NCBI GenBank assembly: GCA_019635585.1
Contig: JAHBZE010000002.1
Coordinates: 1,012,007-1,076,006 of the forward strand
From: Xanthobacteraceae bacterium
GTDB lineage: Bacteria > Pseudomonadota > Alphaproteobacteria > Rhizobiales > Xanthobacteraceae
Reading direction: 5' to 3'
Length of the DNA stretch: 64,000 nucleotides
This document shows, one piece after another, positions 1 through 8,932 of the stretch (the first letter of the stretch is position 1; each line of letters begins with the position of its first letter). Position numbers and translations under genes: made by a program. The notes beneath the pieces were generated by a model. That model was given only the letters and a program-made list of their open reading frames with translations. It was not told where the DNA came from and made no database searches.

Positions 1-23
1 GCGCGGGAATAGCAAATCCCTAA

Positions 24-133
24 CCTCTCCCCATCGGGGAGAGGTCGGCGCGAAGCGCCGGGTGAGGGGGATCTGTGCGCAACATTTTCCGCAGAACCCC
101 CTCACCCTAGCCCTCTCCCCCATGGGGAGAGGG
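24..133. repeat. Cluster of GC-rich REP-like stem-loops: two copies of CCTCTCCCC-N3-GGGGAGAGG, a CGGCGC-GAA-GCGCCG hairpin and GGGTGAGGGGG/CCCCCTCACCC arms
   Basis: Read directly. Perfect 9-10 bp stems at 24-44 and 111-133, a 6 bp stem at 46-60, and 11 bp arms at 60-70/97-107. Non-coding, just upstream of the ATG at 154. Confidence 0.7.
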
Positions 134-153
134 AATAAAAGCGAGGCTCATCC

Positions 154-2217
154 ATGAACCTCGGCGTCGCATTTGAGCCGCTGATTTCGCTGCCGTTGCT
201 CGCGGCCGCCGCTGTGATTGCCGTGCTGGTCGCGGGGCTGTTGTTTTTTTCGCGCTCGCGTGGCGCCGCGCTGCGCACGCTTGCGCTCGCGCTCGGCGTG
301 ATCGCACTCGCCAACCCATCGCTTACCAAAGAAGACCGCGATCCACTGACTTCGGTGGTCGCCGTCGTGCTCGACCGAAGCGCGAGCCAGCGCTTTGGCG
401 ACCGCACCGAAGCCACCAACAAGGCAGCGGAGATTATCAAAGAACGTCTCGGCGCGATTCCGAATCTCGAAGTCCGCATCGTCGATGGCGGCGCGGATGG
501 GGAAGGCGACGGGACCAAGCTGTTCGCGGCGCTGAGTGCAACGCTCTCCGATGTGCCGCCCGAGCGCATCGCGGGCGCGATTATGATTACCGACGGCCGC
601 GTGCATGACGTGCCGCTGCCGCAGCATCTTGGTTTCGACGCGCCGGTGCACGCGCTGATTACCGGCAAGGAAAACGAGCGCGACCGCCGCGTCGCGCTGA
701 CCTCCACGCCGCGTTTTGGCATCGTCGGCCAGCGCCAGACCGTAAGCTTCCGCGTTTCCGACGAAGGCATTCCGGGTGGCGCGCGCGTGAGCGTCGTCAT
801 CCGCCGCGACGGCAATATGGTCGCGAACATGGTGGTGACCGCGGGCGTCGAGGAAAAAGTCCAGATCGAAATCACGCACGCCGGTGCCAACATCGTCGAG
901 ATCGAGGCCGCGCCGCTCGAAGGCGAACTGACGCTGCTCAATAACCGCGCCGCGCTCACCATCGACGGCGTGCGCGAAAAGCTACGCGTGCTGCTCGTCT
1001 CCGGCGAGCCGCATTCGGGCGAACGCACCTGGCGCAATCTTTTGAAATCCGACGCCAACGTCGATCTCGTGCACTTCACGATTCTCCGTCCGCCGGAGAA
1101 GCAGGACGGGACGCCGATTAACGAGCTTTCGCTGATCGCGTTTCCGACCCGCGAGCTGTTCCAGCAGAAGATCCGGGAATTCCAGCTCATCATCTTCGAC
1201 CGCTACGCCCAGCAGGGCGTGCTGCCGCTGATCTATTTCGACAACATCGTCGAATACGTCCGCGCGGGCGGCGCGCTTTTGATCGCGGCCGGTCCGGATT
1301 ACGCCGGACACAACTCGGTCTGGCGCACGCCGCTGGAAGCGATCTTGCCCGCCACACCGACCGGCAACATCACCGAGATCGGCTATCGCGCGCTCTTGAC
1401 CGACGCCGGCAAGCGCCATCCGGTAACGCGCAACCTGCCCGGCTCGGAAACCTCTCCGCCACAATGGAGCCGCTTCTTCCGCGTGATCGACTCGCAAACA
1501 GTGAACAACAGCACCGCGCTGATGAACGGCCCGAACAACCAGCCGCTCCTCGTGCTTGCGCGGCAGAACGAAGGGCGCATCGCGCTTCTGCTTTCCGACC
1601 AGATCTGGCTCTGGGCGCGCGGCTATGAGGGCGGCGGTCCGCATCTCGATCTGCTGCGCCGCCTTTCGCACTGGCTGATGAAGGAGCCTGAACTCGAGGA
1701 GGAGCGCCTCGTCATGAGCGCGCGCGGCGGCGAAATCCTGATCGAGCGCCGCACCATGAGCGACAAGGTGGAGCCCGTGACCGTGACCCAGCCGTCCGGC
1801 GGCACGCAAATCCTCAATCTCGCGCAGGCCGAGCCCGGCACCTTCCGCGCGACCGTGAAAGCCGCCGAACTCGGCTTATGGCGCGCGACCGACGGCAAAT
1901 TGAACGCGCTGATCAATCTCGGGCCGCTCAATCCGCGCGAATATCTCGAAGTGACGAGCACGCGCGACGTGATGCTGCCGCTCGTAAACGGCACGCGCGG
2001 CGGCGTCCTGCGGCTTGCCGATCTCTCCGGCGGTGCGCCGCGCATCGTGCAGATCCGCTCCGCCGAACGTTTCGCGGGGCCGGACTGGATCGGCCTCAAA
2101 CAGCGCGACGCAAGCGTAGTGCGCGGGCTCGGCCTGTTTCCGCTTTTCGCGGGCCTTTCCGGCTTGCTGATTTTGATGGCAGGCATCGCCGCCGCTTGGG
2201 CCCGCGAAGGCAGGTAA
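154..2217 (+). CDS. Conserved membrane-anchored protein of unknown function; family usually found at the end of MoxR/DUF58/vWA Bat-like clusters
   Basis: 687 aa ORF with ATG start and strong GC3 bias. N-terminal TM helix (LISLPLLAAAAVIAVLVAGLLFF) and C-terminal TM helix (LFPLFAGLSGLLILMAGIAAAW). Family assignment is from memory of rhizobial homologues only. Confidence 0.7.
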   Translation: MNLGVAFEPLISLPLLAAAAVIAVLVAGLLFFSRSRGAALRTLALALGVIALANPSLTKEDRDPLTSVVAVVLDRSASQRFGDRTEATNKAAEIIKERLGAIPNLEVRIVDGGADGEGDGTKLFAALSATLSDVPPERIAGAIMITDGRVHDVPLPQHLGFDAPVHALITGKENERDRRVALTSTPRFGIVGQRQTVSFRVSDEGIPGGARVSVVIRRDGNMVANMVVTAGVEEKVQIEITHAGANIVEIEAAPLEGELTLLNNRAALTIDGVREKLRVLLVSGEPHSGERTWRNLLKSDANVDLVHFTILRPPEKQDGTPINELSLIAFPTRELFQQKIREFQLIIFDRYAQQGVLPLIYFDNIVEYVRAGGALLIAAGPDYAGHNSVWRTPLEAILPATPTGNITEIGYRALLTDAGKRHPVTRNLPGSETSPPQWSRFFRVIDSQTVNNSTALMNGPNNQPLLVLARQNEGRIALLLSDQIWLWARGYEGGGPHLDLLRRLSHWLMKEPELEEERLVMSARGGEILIERRTMSDKVEPVTVTQPSGGTQILNLAQAEPGTFRATVKAAELGLWRATDGKLNALINLGPLNPREYLEVTSTRDVMLPLVNGTRGGVLRLADLSGGAPRIVQIRSAERFAGPDWIGLKQRDASVVRGLGLFPLFAGLSGLLILMAGIAAAWAREGR

Positions 2218-2272
2218 ATCAGGCCGCCCGCGGCGATTGATTTGAACCGGACGGCGTCGTAGGAACGCCGCC

Positions 2273-3031
2273 ATGCTCGGTTACATTGATTATCTGTTCT
2301 TCCGCCTGCGCCACTGGCTGAAGCGCGGAAAGAACCCCATCCAGCACGAAATCGAAATCCGCCGGCTCTACAACAAGCGCGTCGGCTTGAAGAAGCTCGA
2401 GCATAGCGATCTTTACGACGTGATGTCGTACAAAACGAACGGAAAGTTCGACTACGAACTCTACAAGACGATTCAGACCCTCGGAAACAAGGGCAAGATC
2501 GGCCGGGTTTTCGCGCAGGAAGACAACATTCGCTACCTGATCGCGAAACTGGAGAAATTGAACCCGGATATTTCTTTCGTTCTGTGTCACGGCACGCGCA
2601 ACGCGGCGGAACAGAAATTTTTCCAGAAATACCTTTCAAAACCCGCGACGATCCTCGGCACCGAAATTTCGGACAACGCGCACGAATTTCCGATGACGAT
2701 CGAGTGGGATTTTCACGAAACCAAGCCCGAGTGGATCGGCAAGACCGACGTGATCTATTCGAACAGTTGGGATCATTCCTACGATCCGGAAAAACTATTC
2801 CGCGCCTGGCTCTCCTGCCTGAGCGTGAACGGCGTCATGGCGCTCGAGTGGTCCCGCCAGCACGACAGTTCGCCAAAACTGCTCGATCCGCTTTCGATCA
2901 GCGTCGATAATCTGCTTCAGTTGCTGCGCTCGCTCGACGACAACGGCAAGTTTACCGTACTCGCGCCGGATACCGGAATGCCCGCGCGCGATTTGCAGCA
3001 AACCTTCGTACTGGTACAGCGCGTGGCCTAA
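2273..3031 (+). CDS. Putative Rossmann-fold SAM-dependent methyltransferase-like protein, tentative
   Basis: 252 aa ORF with ATG start. Motifs VLCHGTRNAAE ... GTEIS ... DVIYSNSWDH ... NGVMALEW resemble class I methyltransferase motifs I/II/post-I. Visibly lower GC and a K/N/E/Y/F-rich composition compared with its neighbours. Confidence 0.55.
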   Translation: MLGYIDYLFFRLRHWLKRGKNPIQHEIEIRRLYNKRVGLKKLEHSDLYDVMSYKTNGKFDYELYKTIQTLGNKGKIGRVFAQEDNIRYLIAKLEKLNPDISFVLCHGTRNAAEQKFFQKYLSKPATILGTEISDNAHEFPMTIEWDFHETKPEWIGKTDVIYSNSWDHSYDPEKLFRAWLSCLSVNGVMALEWSRQHDSSPKLLDPLSISVDNLLQLLRSLDDNGKFTVLAPDTGMPARDLQQTFVLVQRVA

Positions 3032-3078
3032 GGCATGATCCCGAAAAGTGGGAACCGGTTTTCGGACAAGATCATGCC
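3032..3078. repeat. Nested palindromic REP element (GGCATGATC CCGAAAA ... TTTTCGG ... GATCATGCC), probably a bidirectional terminator
   Basis: Starts immediately after the TAA at 3029-3031. 9 bp outer arms at 3032-3040/3070-3078 and inner arms CCGAAAA/TTTTCGG. Lies between convergent genes. I recognise this sequence type as a dispersed repeat in Bradyrhizobiaceae genomes. Confidence 0.7.
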
Positions 3079-3090
3079 TGGAGAAAGAAT

Positions 3091-3597
3091 CTACCGCCCA
3101 TAATCGCGGCGCACGTCGCCTTCGACGCCCTCGAATGCGCCGGGAGCCAGTTCCGCGATGAGCACCCGCTCGGGATCGACCGGCCCGGGAAGTTTCACGC
3201 GGCCCTGGGCGACCTTCTTGAATCCCATCCGGCTGTAATAAGGCTCGTCGCCGACCAGCAGAATCAGCTTCGCGCCGTCGTCCTTCGCCGCCTTCATCGA
3301 GGCATCCATCAGCGCGCGGCCCACGCCGCGGCTCCGGAACGGCGGCTCGACGGTCAGCGGTCCAAGCAGCAACGCTTTCGCGCCGCCGATCTTGATCGGT
3401 GTCAAGCGCACCGACCCCACGAGGAGAGTACCGATGCGGGCGGTATAGGAGAGTTCACGCCGGTGCAACACGCCCTCGCGCAGACGATAGGCCGAGCGCG
3501 CAAAGCGTCCCGGTCCGAAGGTCCGCTCCGAAAGTTTCTCGATCTGGGGATCGTCTTCCGGCGTTTCCGGTTGAATGTTGAGCGAGAGGTCGGCCAA
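3091..3597 (-). CDS. GNAT family N-acetyltransferase
   Basis: Acetyl-CoA motif RSRGVGRALMDASMKAAKDDGAKLILLVGDEPYYSRMGF. The longest ORF (to 3843) has an implausible N-terminus. I place the start at the TTG at 3597, giving (M)ADLSLNIQPETPEDD..., which is typical for this family. The start remains uncertain. Confidence 0.8.
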   Translation of the reverse strand: MADLSLNIQPETPEDDPQIEKLSERTFGPGRFARSAYRLREGVLHRRELSYTARIGTLLVGSVRLTPIKIGGAKALLLGPLTVEPPFRSRGVGRALMDASMKAAKDDGAKLILLVGDEPYYSRMGFKKVAQGRVKLPGPVDPERVLIAELAPGAFEGVEGDVRRDYGR

Positions 3598-3739
3598 GGC
3601 TGAAAAATCCGCTGAAAAATCGCGCGCGGAAATAACATGGCAGCCGATGCGGGTCCAATGACGGCAGGTTTGCAAATGTGTATTGCGCGGCTTGCTTCGC
3701 GAGGATTTCTCCCGACATTGCCCGGCAAGGAGAAAATGA

Positions 3740-4726
3740 ATGGGCCTTTTGGTAAACGGCGTCTGGCAGGACCAGTGGTACGACACGAAATCGACCGGCG
3801 GCCGCTTCGAGCGCACGGTGACGAATTTCCGCAACTGGATCACAGCCGACGGTGCCGCAGGACCCTCGGGAGAAGGCGGCTTCGCCGCCGAGCGCGGCCG
3901 CTATCACTTATATGTATCGCTCGCCTGCCCCTGGGCGCACCGCACGTTGATTTTTCGCAAGCTCAAGAAACTCGAAGACATTATTTCCGTCTCGGTCGTG
4001 CACCCGCTGATGCGCGAGGAAGGCTGGACCTTCGGCGAATATCCGGGCGCCACCGGCGACACGCTGCACGGCAAGAAGCGGCTCTACGAAGTCTATCTCG
4101 CGGCGAAGCCGGATTACTCGGGCCGTGTCACCGTACCCACGCTCTGGGACCGGAAGCGCAACACCATCGTGAACAACGAATCGGCGGAAATCATCCGCAT
4201 GTTCAACTCGGCCTTCGATGGTCTTACCGGCAATCGCGACGACTATTATCCGCAAGCGCTCCGCTCCGAAATCGATGCGATCAACGAGCCGGTCTATAAA
4301 TTCGTCAACAACGGCGTCTATCGCGCGGGCTTCGCAACCACGCAGGAAGCCTATGAAGAAGCCTTCAACGCGCTCTTCGCCGAGCTCGACGAAATCGAGA
4401 AGCGGCTTTCGCGCCAGCGTTATCTGGCCGGAGCAAAGCTGACCGAAGCCGACGTGCGGCTGTTCACGACGCTGGTCCGCTTCGACCCGGTTTATGTCGG
4501 CCACTTCAAATGCAACCTGCGCCGCATCGCGGATTATCCAAATTTGTCGAATTATTTGCGCGAGCTGTTCCAGATGCCCGCCTTCGGCGAGACCACGAAC
4601 TTCGATCATATCAAGACGCACTATTATGCGAGCCACCGCCAGATCAATCCGACCGGCATCGTTCCGCTCGGTCCGGAATTGAATCTCGACGCGCCGCACG
4701 ACCGGGCGAAATTCAAGAGCGCCTGA
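3740..4726 (+). CDS. yqjG: Glutathionyl-hydroquinone reductase (Xi-class GST, YqjG/ECM4 family)
   Basis: 328 aa. Has the CPWAHR active-site motif (YVSLACPWAHRTLIF) and the family-typical N-terminus GRFERTVTNFRNWIT. SD AAGGAGA lies upstream of the ATG. Confidence 0.9.
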   Translation: MGLLVNGVWQDQWYDTKSTGGRFERTVTNFRNWITADGAAGPSGEGGFAAERGRYHLYVSLACPWAHRTLIFRKLKKLEDIISVSVVHPLMREEGWTFGEYPGATGDTLHGKKRLYEVYLAAKPDYSGRVTVPTLWDRKRNTIVNNESAEIIRMFNSAFDGLTGNRDDYYPQALRSEIDAINEPVYKFVNNGVYRAGFATTQEAYEEAFNALFAELDEIEKRLSRQRYLAGAKLTEADVRLFTTLVRFDPVYVGHFKCNLRRIADYPNLSNYLRELFQMPAFGETTNFDHIKTHYYASHRQINPTGIVPLGPELNLDAPHDRAKFKSA

Positions 4727-5170
4727 TCACCATTGCTGCGAAGGCGGCGCGGCGCCCGCGATCTCGGCAAGGCGCCGCCGGGTCGATTGCGTGGTTTCTT
4801 CCGGCAGCGCGTCGAGCGGAAAGAATTTCGCCTCCTGAATTTCGAAGCTCGGCGGAAGCGGCCCGCCATATTCGAACTCGCGCACGACATAGACCGCGAC
4901 ATGGTCGCGCGAGGAGGCATTCATGTTCTGGAACAGCGCATGCAGTACGGGCGCGCCTAGCACGCGCACGTTCGCCTCTTCCATCAGTTCTTTCGCCAGC
5001 GCCTGCTCAAAAGTCTCGCCGGGCTCGACGCCGCCGCCCGGCAGGTGCCAGCCCTTCACGTAACCATGCCGCACCAGCATCACCTCGCCGTTGCGCAGCA
5101 CCGCGCCGCGCACGCCGAGCGTCATGCCGCGTTTCATGCGCCAGTAGAGATGAAGGAATCGGCGGATCAT
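4727..5170 (-). CDS. NUDIX hydrolase
   Basis: Nudix box GGGVEPGETFEQALAKELMEEANV; 147 aa. Confidence 0.9.
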   Translation of the reverse strand: MIRRFLHLYWRMKRGMTLGVRGAVLRNGEVMLVRHGYVKGWHLPGGGVEPGETFEQALAKELMEEANVRVLGAPVLHALFQNMNASSRDHVAVYVVREFEYGGPLPPSFEIQEAKFFPLDALPEETTQSTRRRLAEIAGAAPPSQQW

Positions 5171-5226
5171 GAAGTGCTTATAGCAAAGCCGTTTGCGCCG
5201 CGCGTATTCCCCGCTAGACAGGACCG

Positions 5227-6129
5227 ATGTTCGCCCTCGCTCATCTGTCCGACCCGCATCTCTCCCCGATGCCGCGCCCGAAGCTCATTGAGCTGATGGG
5301 CAAGCGCGCGGTCGGCTATTTCAACTGGCGCACGAACCGCGGCACGCACCACAGCCCGGATTACTTAAGCGCTCTGGCCGCCGACCTGAAAGCTCGCGGT
5401 TTCGATCACCTCGCCGTCACCGGCGATCTGGTGAACCTCGGCCTGCCCGATGAATACGGCCTTGCACGCCGCTTTCTCGAAAGTCTCGGACCCGGCGACC
5501 GCGTCTCCATGGTGCCGGGCAATCACGACGCCTATGTACGCGGCACGGCGCTCCTGCATCTCGACATGTGGAAAGAATATATCGCGGGCGACGAAATCGA
5601 ACCGCACGCGAATGTCGCCGGCGCACCGTTTCCCTATCTGCGCCGCCGCGGCAACCTCGCGATCATCGGCCTTTCGACCGCGATTCCGACCGCGCCGTTT
5701 CTTGCGACCGGCAAGCTCGGCAAGGCGCAACTTCAAGAACTCGAGCGTCTGTTAAAAATCACGAAAGACGAACGCCGATTCCGCGTCGTACTCATCCATC
5801 ATCCGCCGGCCGGGCGTCATTCACCGCATGAAGTGCTGACCGACGCGAAAGCCTTCTGCGCCGTGATTGCACGCGAAGGCGCGGAACTGGTGCTGCACGG
5901 CCACAAGCATAAGGCGATGCTGCAGAAGATCGAAGGCCCCGGCGGCAACGTGAATGTGATCGGCGTGCCGTCGGCTTCGAACCCCGGCGCGAATCCGGAG
6001 CGCGGCGGCGCGTACAATATCTATCGCATCGGCGGCGAGGCGGGCCGCTGGTCCTGCGAGATGGAAAGCTACGGCTTCACGCCGGGCGGCTCCGCCGTTG
6101 CGAAGCTCAGGAGCGCGAAGCTGCTCTGA
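5227..6129 (+). CDS. Metallophosphoesterase (calcineurin-like)
   Basis: Motifs HLSDPH, GDLVNLG, GNHD, IHHPP and HGHKH in canonical order. Confidence 0.85.
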   Translation: MFALAHLSDPHLSPMPRPKLIELMGKRAVGYFNWRTNRGTHHSPDYLSALAADLKARGFDHLAVTGDLVNLGLPDEYGLARRFLESLGPGDRVSMVPGNHDAYVRGTALLHLDMWKEYIAGDEIEPHANVAGAPFPYLRRRGNLAIIGLSTAIPTAPFLATGKLGKAQLQELERLLKITKDERRFRVVLIHHPPAGRHSPHEVLTDAKAFCAVIAREGAELVLHGHKHKAMLQKIEGPGGNVNVIGVPSASNPGANPERGGAYNIYRIGGEAGRWSCEMESYGFTPGGSAVAKLRSAKLL

Positions 6130-6669
6130 TTACGGATTGGTCGTGAACCACACCGCCGCAAACAGCGCGGCAGCACCGCAGAGCGCACCGAACAGAAACG
6201 CGAAGAACGTCTTCCAGCCGCTTTTCCGCGGTGCTTCTTCCGACGCTTCGGTCGTCGCCAGCGCCTGCTCGCGCGCCACCATCCTGCGCGCGACATAGCG
6301 CGTGATCGCTTCGCGCATCGCAGGCACCTCGGTGTTTTCCTCGAGCACGCGCCGTCCGTTCGCGGTGTCGGTCAAGAGCCGGTAGGTGCGCTTGTCGGGC
6401 CCCATCGCGACATGGGTGATCGCATCAATCCAGAGCCGCGGCTGCACGCCGCCGGAAACGCCGCGATCGAAATAATCGGTATGCCGCGCCGGAATTTCCT
6501 TGAACACCTTGTCGACGGCTTCGTTCAGGATTTCGAGCCGCGCCATTTCGGCGTCGCGCAACTCGATGATGACCGCCGAGCGCTCGGCCGCCTCGATCCG
6601 CGCATCATGGAGAGCCTGCTTCAACGGCGTCGCCGCCGGCGGCATGGCCGGAGTATTTTTGTCGCTCAC
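6130..6669 (-). CDS. Conserved hypothetical protein with a C-terminal TM helix (tail-anchored)
   Basis: 179 aa ORF with good GC3 bias and C-terminal TFFAFLFGALCGAAALFAAVWF. No recognisable catalytic motif. Confidence 0.65.
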   Translation of the reverse strand: MSDKNTPAMPPAATPLKQALHDARIEAAERSAVIIELRDAEMARLEILNEAVDKVFKEIPARHTDYFDRGVSGGVQPRLWIDAITHVAMGPDKRTYRLLTDTANGRRVLEENTEVPAMREAITRYVARRMVAREQALATTEASEEAPRKSGWKTFFAFLFGALCGAAALFAAVWFTTNP

Positions 6670-6727
6670 GCTTACTGTCCCTGTCCCAAGCGCCGCCGAG
6701 AAAGACTAGCGGCGCGGCTGCCCGATG

Positions 6728-7504
6728 TCACGCATAGGCGCGGCGATAGGGTTCCAGCCAGCCTAGCCCCTCGACGGTGCCGCCGCGCGGTCGATATTCG
6801 CAACCGATGAAGCCGTCATAGCTTGTGAAAGCGAGCGTGTTGAACACGGAAGCGAGGTTGACCTCGCCGCGATCCGGCTCGTCGCGCAACGGCACGCCCG
6901 CGACCTGCACATGCCCAATGCGGCGCGCGTGCTTCTCGATCCGCCGCGTCAGGTCGCCTTCCGTGATCTGCGTATGATAGACGTCGAATTGCAGCTTCAC
7001 ATTGTCGAGCCCGACCGCGTCGAGGATTTCGGCGGCCTGATCGGTCGTGCGGAGGAAATAATTCGGCCGGTCGCGCGCGTTCAGCGGCTCGATCGTGAGC
7101 GTGACGCCGACTTCCGCCGCCTCTGCTCCCGCGGCTTTCAGATTCGAAATGAAGGCTTCGGTATTGCGGAGATCACGCTTGGCGTCGCCCGCCATGACAT
7201 GCACCGTCGGCACCGACAGCGCCCGCGCGTAACTCAGCGCCAGATGAATCTTGCGAAAGAAGTCGTGCTCGCGCCCCGCAATCGCGCCACAGCCCGCGTC
7301 GCCCCCTTCCGGCGAGAACGGCGTATTGATGAGCACACATTCGAGCCGGCCAGCGTTGAGCCATTCTTTCAGATGCTCCACCGGCTCGGCATAGGGGTGC
7401 AGAAGCTCGACCGCCGAAAATCCGGCGTGATACGCAGCCGCAAAGCGGTCACGAAACGCATATTCCCCGAACAGCATGTTCAGGTTCGCCGCAAACCGAA
7501 ACAC
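6728..7504 (-). CDS. hyi: Hydroxypyruvate isomerase family protein (TIM-barrel xylose-isomerase-like)
   Basis: The GTG at 7504, preceded by GGGGGTGAG, gives (M)FRFAANLNMLFGEYAFRDRFAAA, the characteristic Hyi N-terminus. The longer ORF to 7579 starts at a TTG with a hydrophobic, non-homologous extension. Confidence 0.8.
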   Translation of the reverse strand: MFRFAANLNMLFGEYAFRDRFAAAYHAGFSAVELLHPYAEPVEHLKEWLNAGRLECVLINTPFSPEGGDAGCGAIAGREHDFFRKIHLALSYARALSVPTVHVMAGDAKRDLRNTEAFISNLKAAGAEAAEVGVTLTIEPLNARDRPNYFLRTTDQAAEILDAVGLDNVKLQFDVYHTQITEGDLTRRIEKHARRIGHVQVAGVPLRDEPDRGEVNLASVFNTLAFTSYDGFIGCEYRPRGGTVEGLGWLEPYRRAYA

Positions 7505-7641
7505 GTCACTCACCCCCGTACTGCCGCAATGGAAGCGAAGCCGGGGCAAAAGCGCAAGAGAGAACGAAAGAAAGAACAAACCGGATTCGCGGGCCGCCCG
7601 AAAAGCCGCTATGCCTCATTTGAATCAAAGACGAGTCTCGT

Positions 7642-8487
7642 GTGACGACTGCAATTCTCCTCGCGGTTCTGGGCGGCGCGCTCCTGCACGCAAGCTGGAA
7701 TGCCCTCATCAAATGGGAGCCCGACAAGCTTGCCGCCTCGGCTGCGGTCGCAATGGGCGCCGGACTGGTCGCAGTACCCGTCGCCGCACTCAGCCCGCTG
7801 CCGCTTCCGCCATCGTGGCCGATGATCGGCATTTCCGCGCTCATCCACGTCGTCTATTTCGCGCTGGTCGGCTATGTGCTCCGTCACGCCGATCTCGGCG
7901 TTGCCTATCCGCTGACGCGGGGCTCCGCGCCCGCCTTTACTGCAATTTTGGCCGCAGTCTGGCTCGGTGAACATCTTGCGCTCAACGGCTGGCTCGCTGT
8001 CGGCGCGATCGCAGCGGGCGTCATTACGCTTTCGGCGGACGCGCTCCTGCGCGGCGGGCTAACGGCACGGGCGGCAATGTTGTCCTTCACGAACGCCGCG
8101 GTCGTCGTCGCCTATACGCTGATCGACGGGGTCGGCGCACGGCTCTCGGGCAACGCGGCCTCATACGTGTCGTGGATGATGATGGCGACCGCTGCCCTCA
8201 TCGCGGTGATTGTCTGGGTTTTTTATCGCGACAAGGCGCGCACGCAGGAGCGAAGCTTCTGGATACGCGGGCTGATCGGCGGCGCGCTGAGCATCGGTGG
8301 CTTCGGCATCGCGCTCTGGGCTATGACCAAGGCGCCGATCGGTCTCGTCGCGGCGCTGCGCGAAACCTCGGTACTGTTCGCAGCGATCTTGGGAGCGCTG
8401 ATTTTTGACGAGCGTTTCGGCCCCAAACGCTGGGCCGCGCTCATTCTGATTGTCGTGGGGATCGGATTGTTGCGCTGGCCCTTCTAG
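7642..8487 (+). CDS. EamA/DMT family transporter
   Basis: 281 aa, about 10 TM helices, HASWNALIK motif. Paralogous in pattern to the gene at 52718-53557. Confidence 0.85.
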   Translation: MTTAILLAVLGGALLHASWNALIKWEPDKLAASAAVAMGAGLVAVPVAALSPLPLPPSWPMIGISALIHVVYFALVGYVLRHADLGVAYPLTRGSAPAFTAILAAVWLGEHLALNGWLAVGAIAAGVITLSADALLRGGLTARAAMLSFTNAAVVVAYTLIDGVGARLSGNAASYVSWMMMATAALIAVIVWVFYRDKARTQERSFWIRGLIGGALSIGGFGIALWAMTKAPIGLVAALRETSVLFAAILGALIFDERFGPKRWAALILIVVGIGLLRWPF

Positions 8488-8503
8488 AAAAAGGCCTCGC
8501 GAA

Positions 8504-8779
8504 TTACATCCGGTATTGCTGAATGCGCGTGGTGCGCAGGCCGGCAAGGCCGTGCTTGTCGATCGACGCCTGCCAGTTCAGGAATTCTTCCACCGTAAGC
8601 GTGTAACGTGCGCAGGCTTCTTCGAGCGAGAGCAGGCCGCCGCGCACAGCCGCGACGACTTCCGCTTTGCGGCGAATGACCCAACGGCGCGTCGACGGCG
8701 GCGGAAGATCCGCGATCGTCAGTGGGCTGCCGTCCGGCCCGATCACATATTTCACTCTCGGGCGATGCGCTTCGGTCAT
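8504..8779 (-). CDS. sciP: CtrA inhibitor SciP (DUF1153 helix-turn-helix protein)
   Basis: Trimmed to the ATG at 8779. MTEAHRPRVKYVIGPDGSPLTIADLPPPSTRRWVIRRKAEVVAAVRGGLLSLEEACARYTLTVEEF matches the SciP family pattern as I recall it. Sits next to flagellar genes, as in Caulobacter. Confidence 0.85.
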   Translation of the reverse strand: MTEAHRPRVKYVIGPDGSPLTIADLPPPSTRRWVIRRKAEVVAAVRGGLLSLEEACARYTLTVEEFLNWQASIDKHGLAGLRTTRIQQYRM

Positions 8780-8932
8780 TACAAACTCACTCAACACAAC
8801 TCGTAATGACGGAAACACTAGTGTCGAGCGATGAACATTTCCCTAAGTGTTTCTTTCCAAAAGGTTATTGGCTCCGCTCACATTTGCCGGAGCGGGAACA
8901 TGCGAGAAATGCCCGTAAAATAAGGGTTTTCG

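Noticed and set aside
8828-8848. CtrA box upstream of sciP
   Set aside because: The minus strand reads TTAG-N7-TTCA. The spacing is correct but both half-sites are mismatched, which is too weak to call without a PWM or background model.
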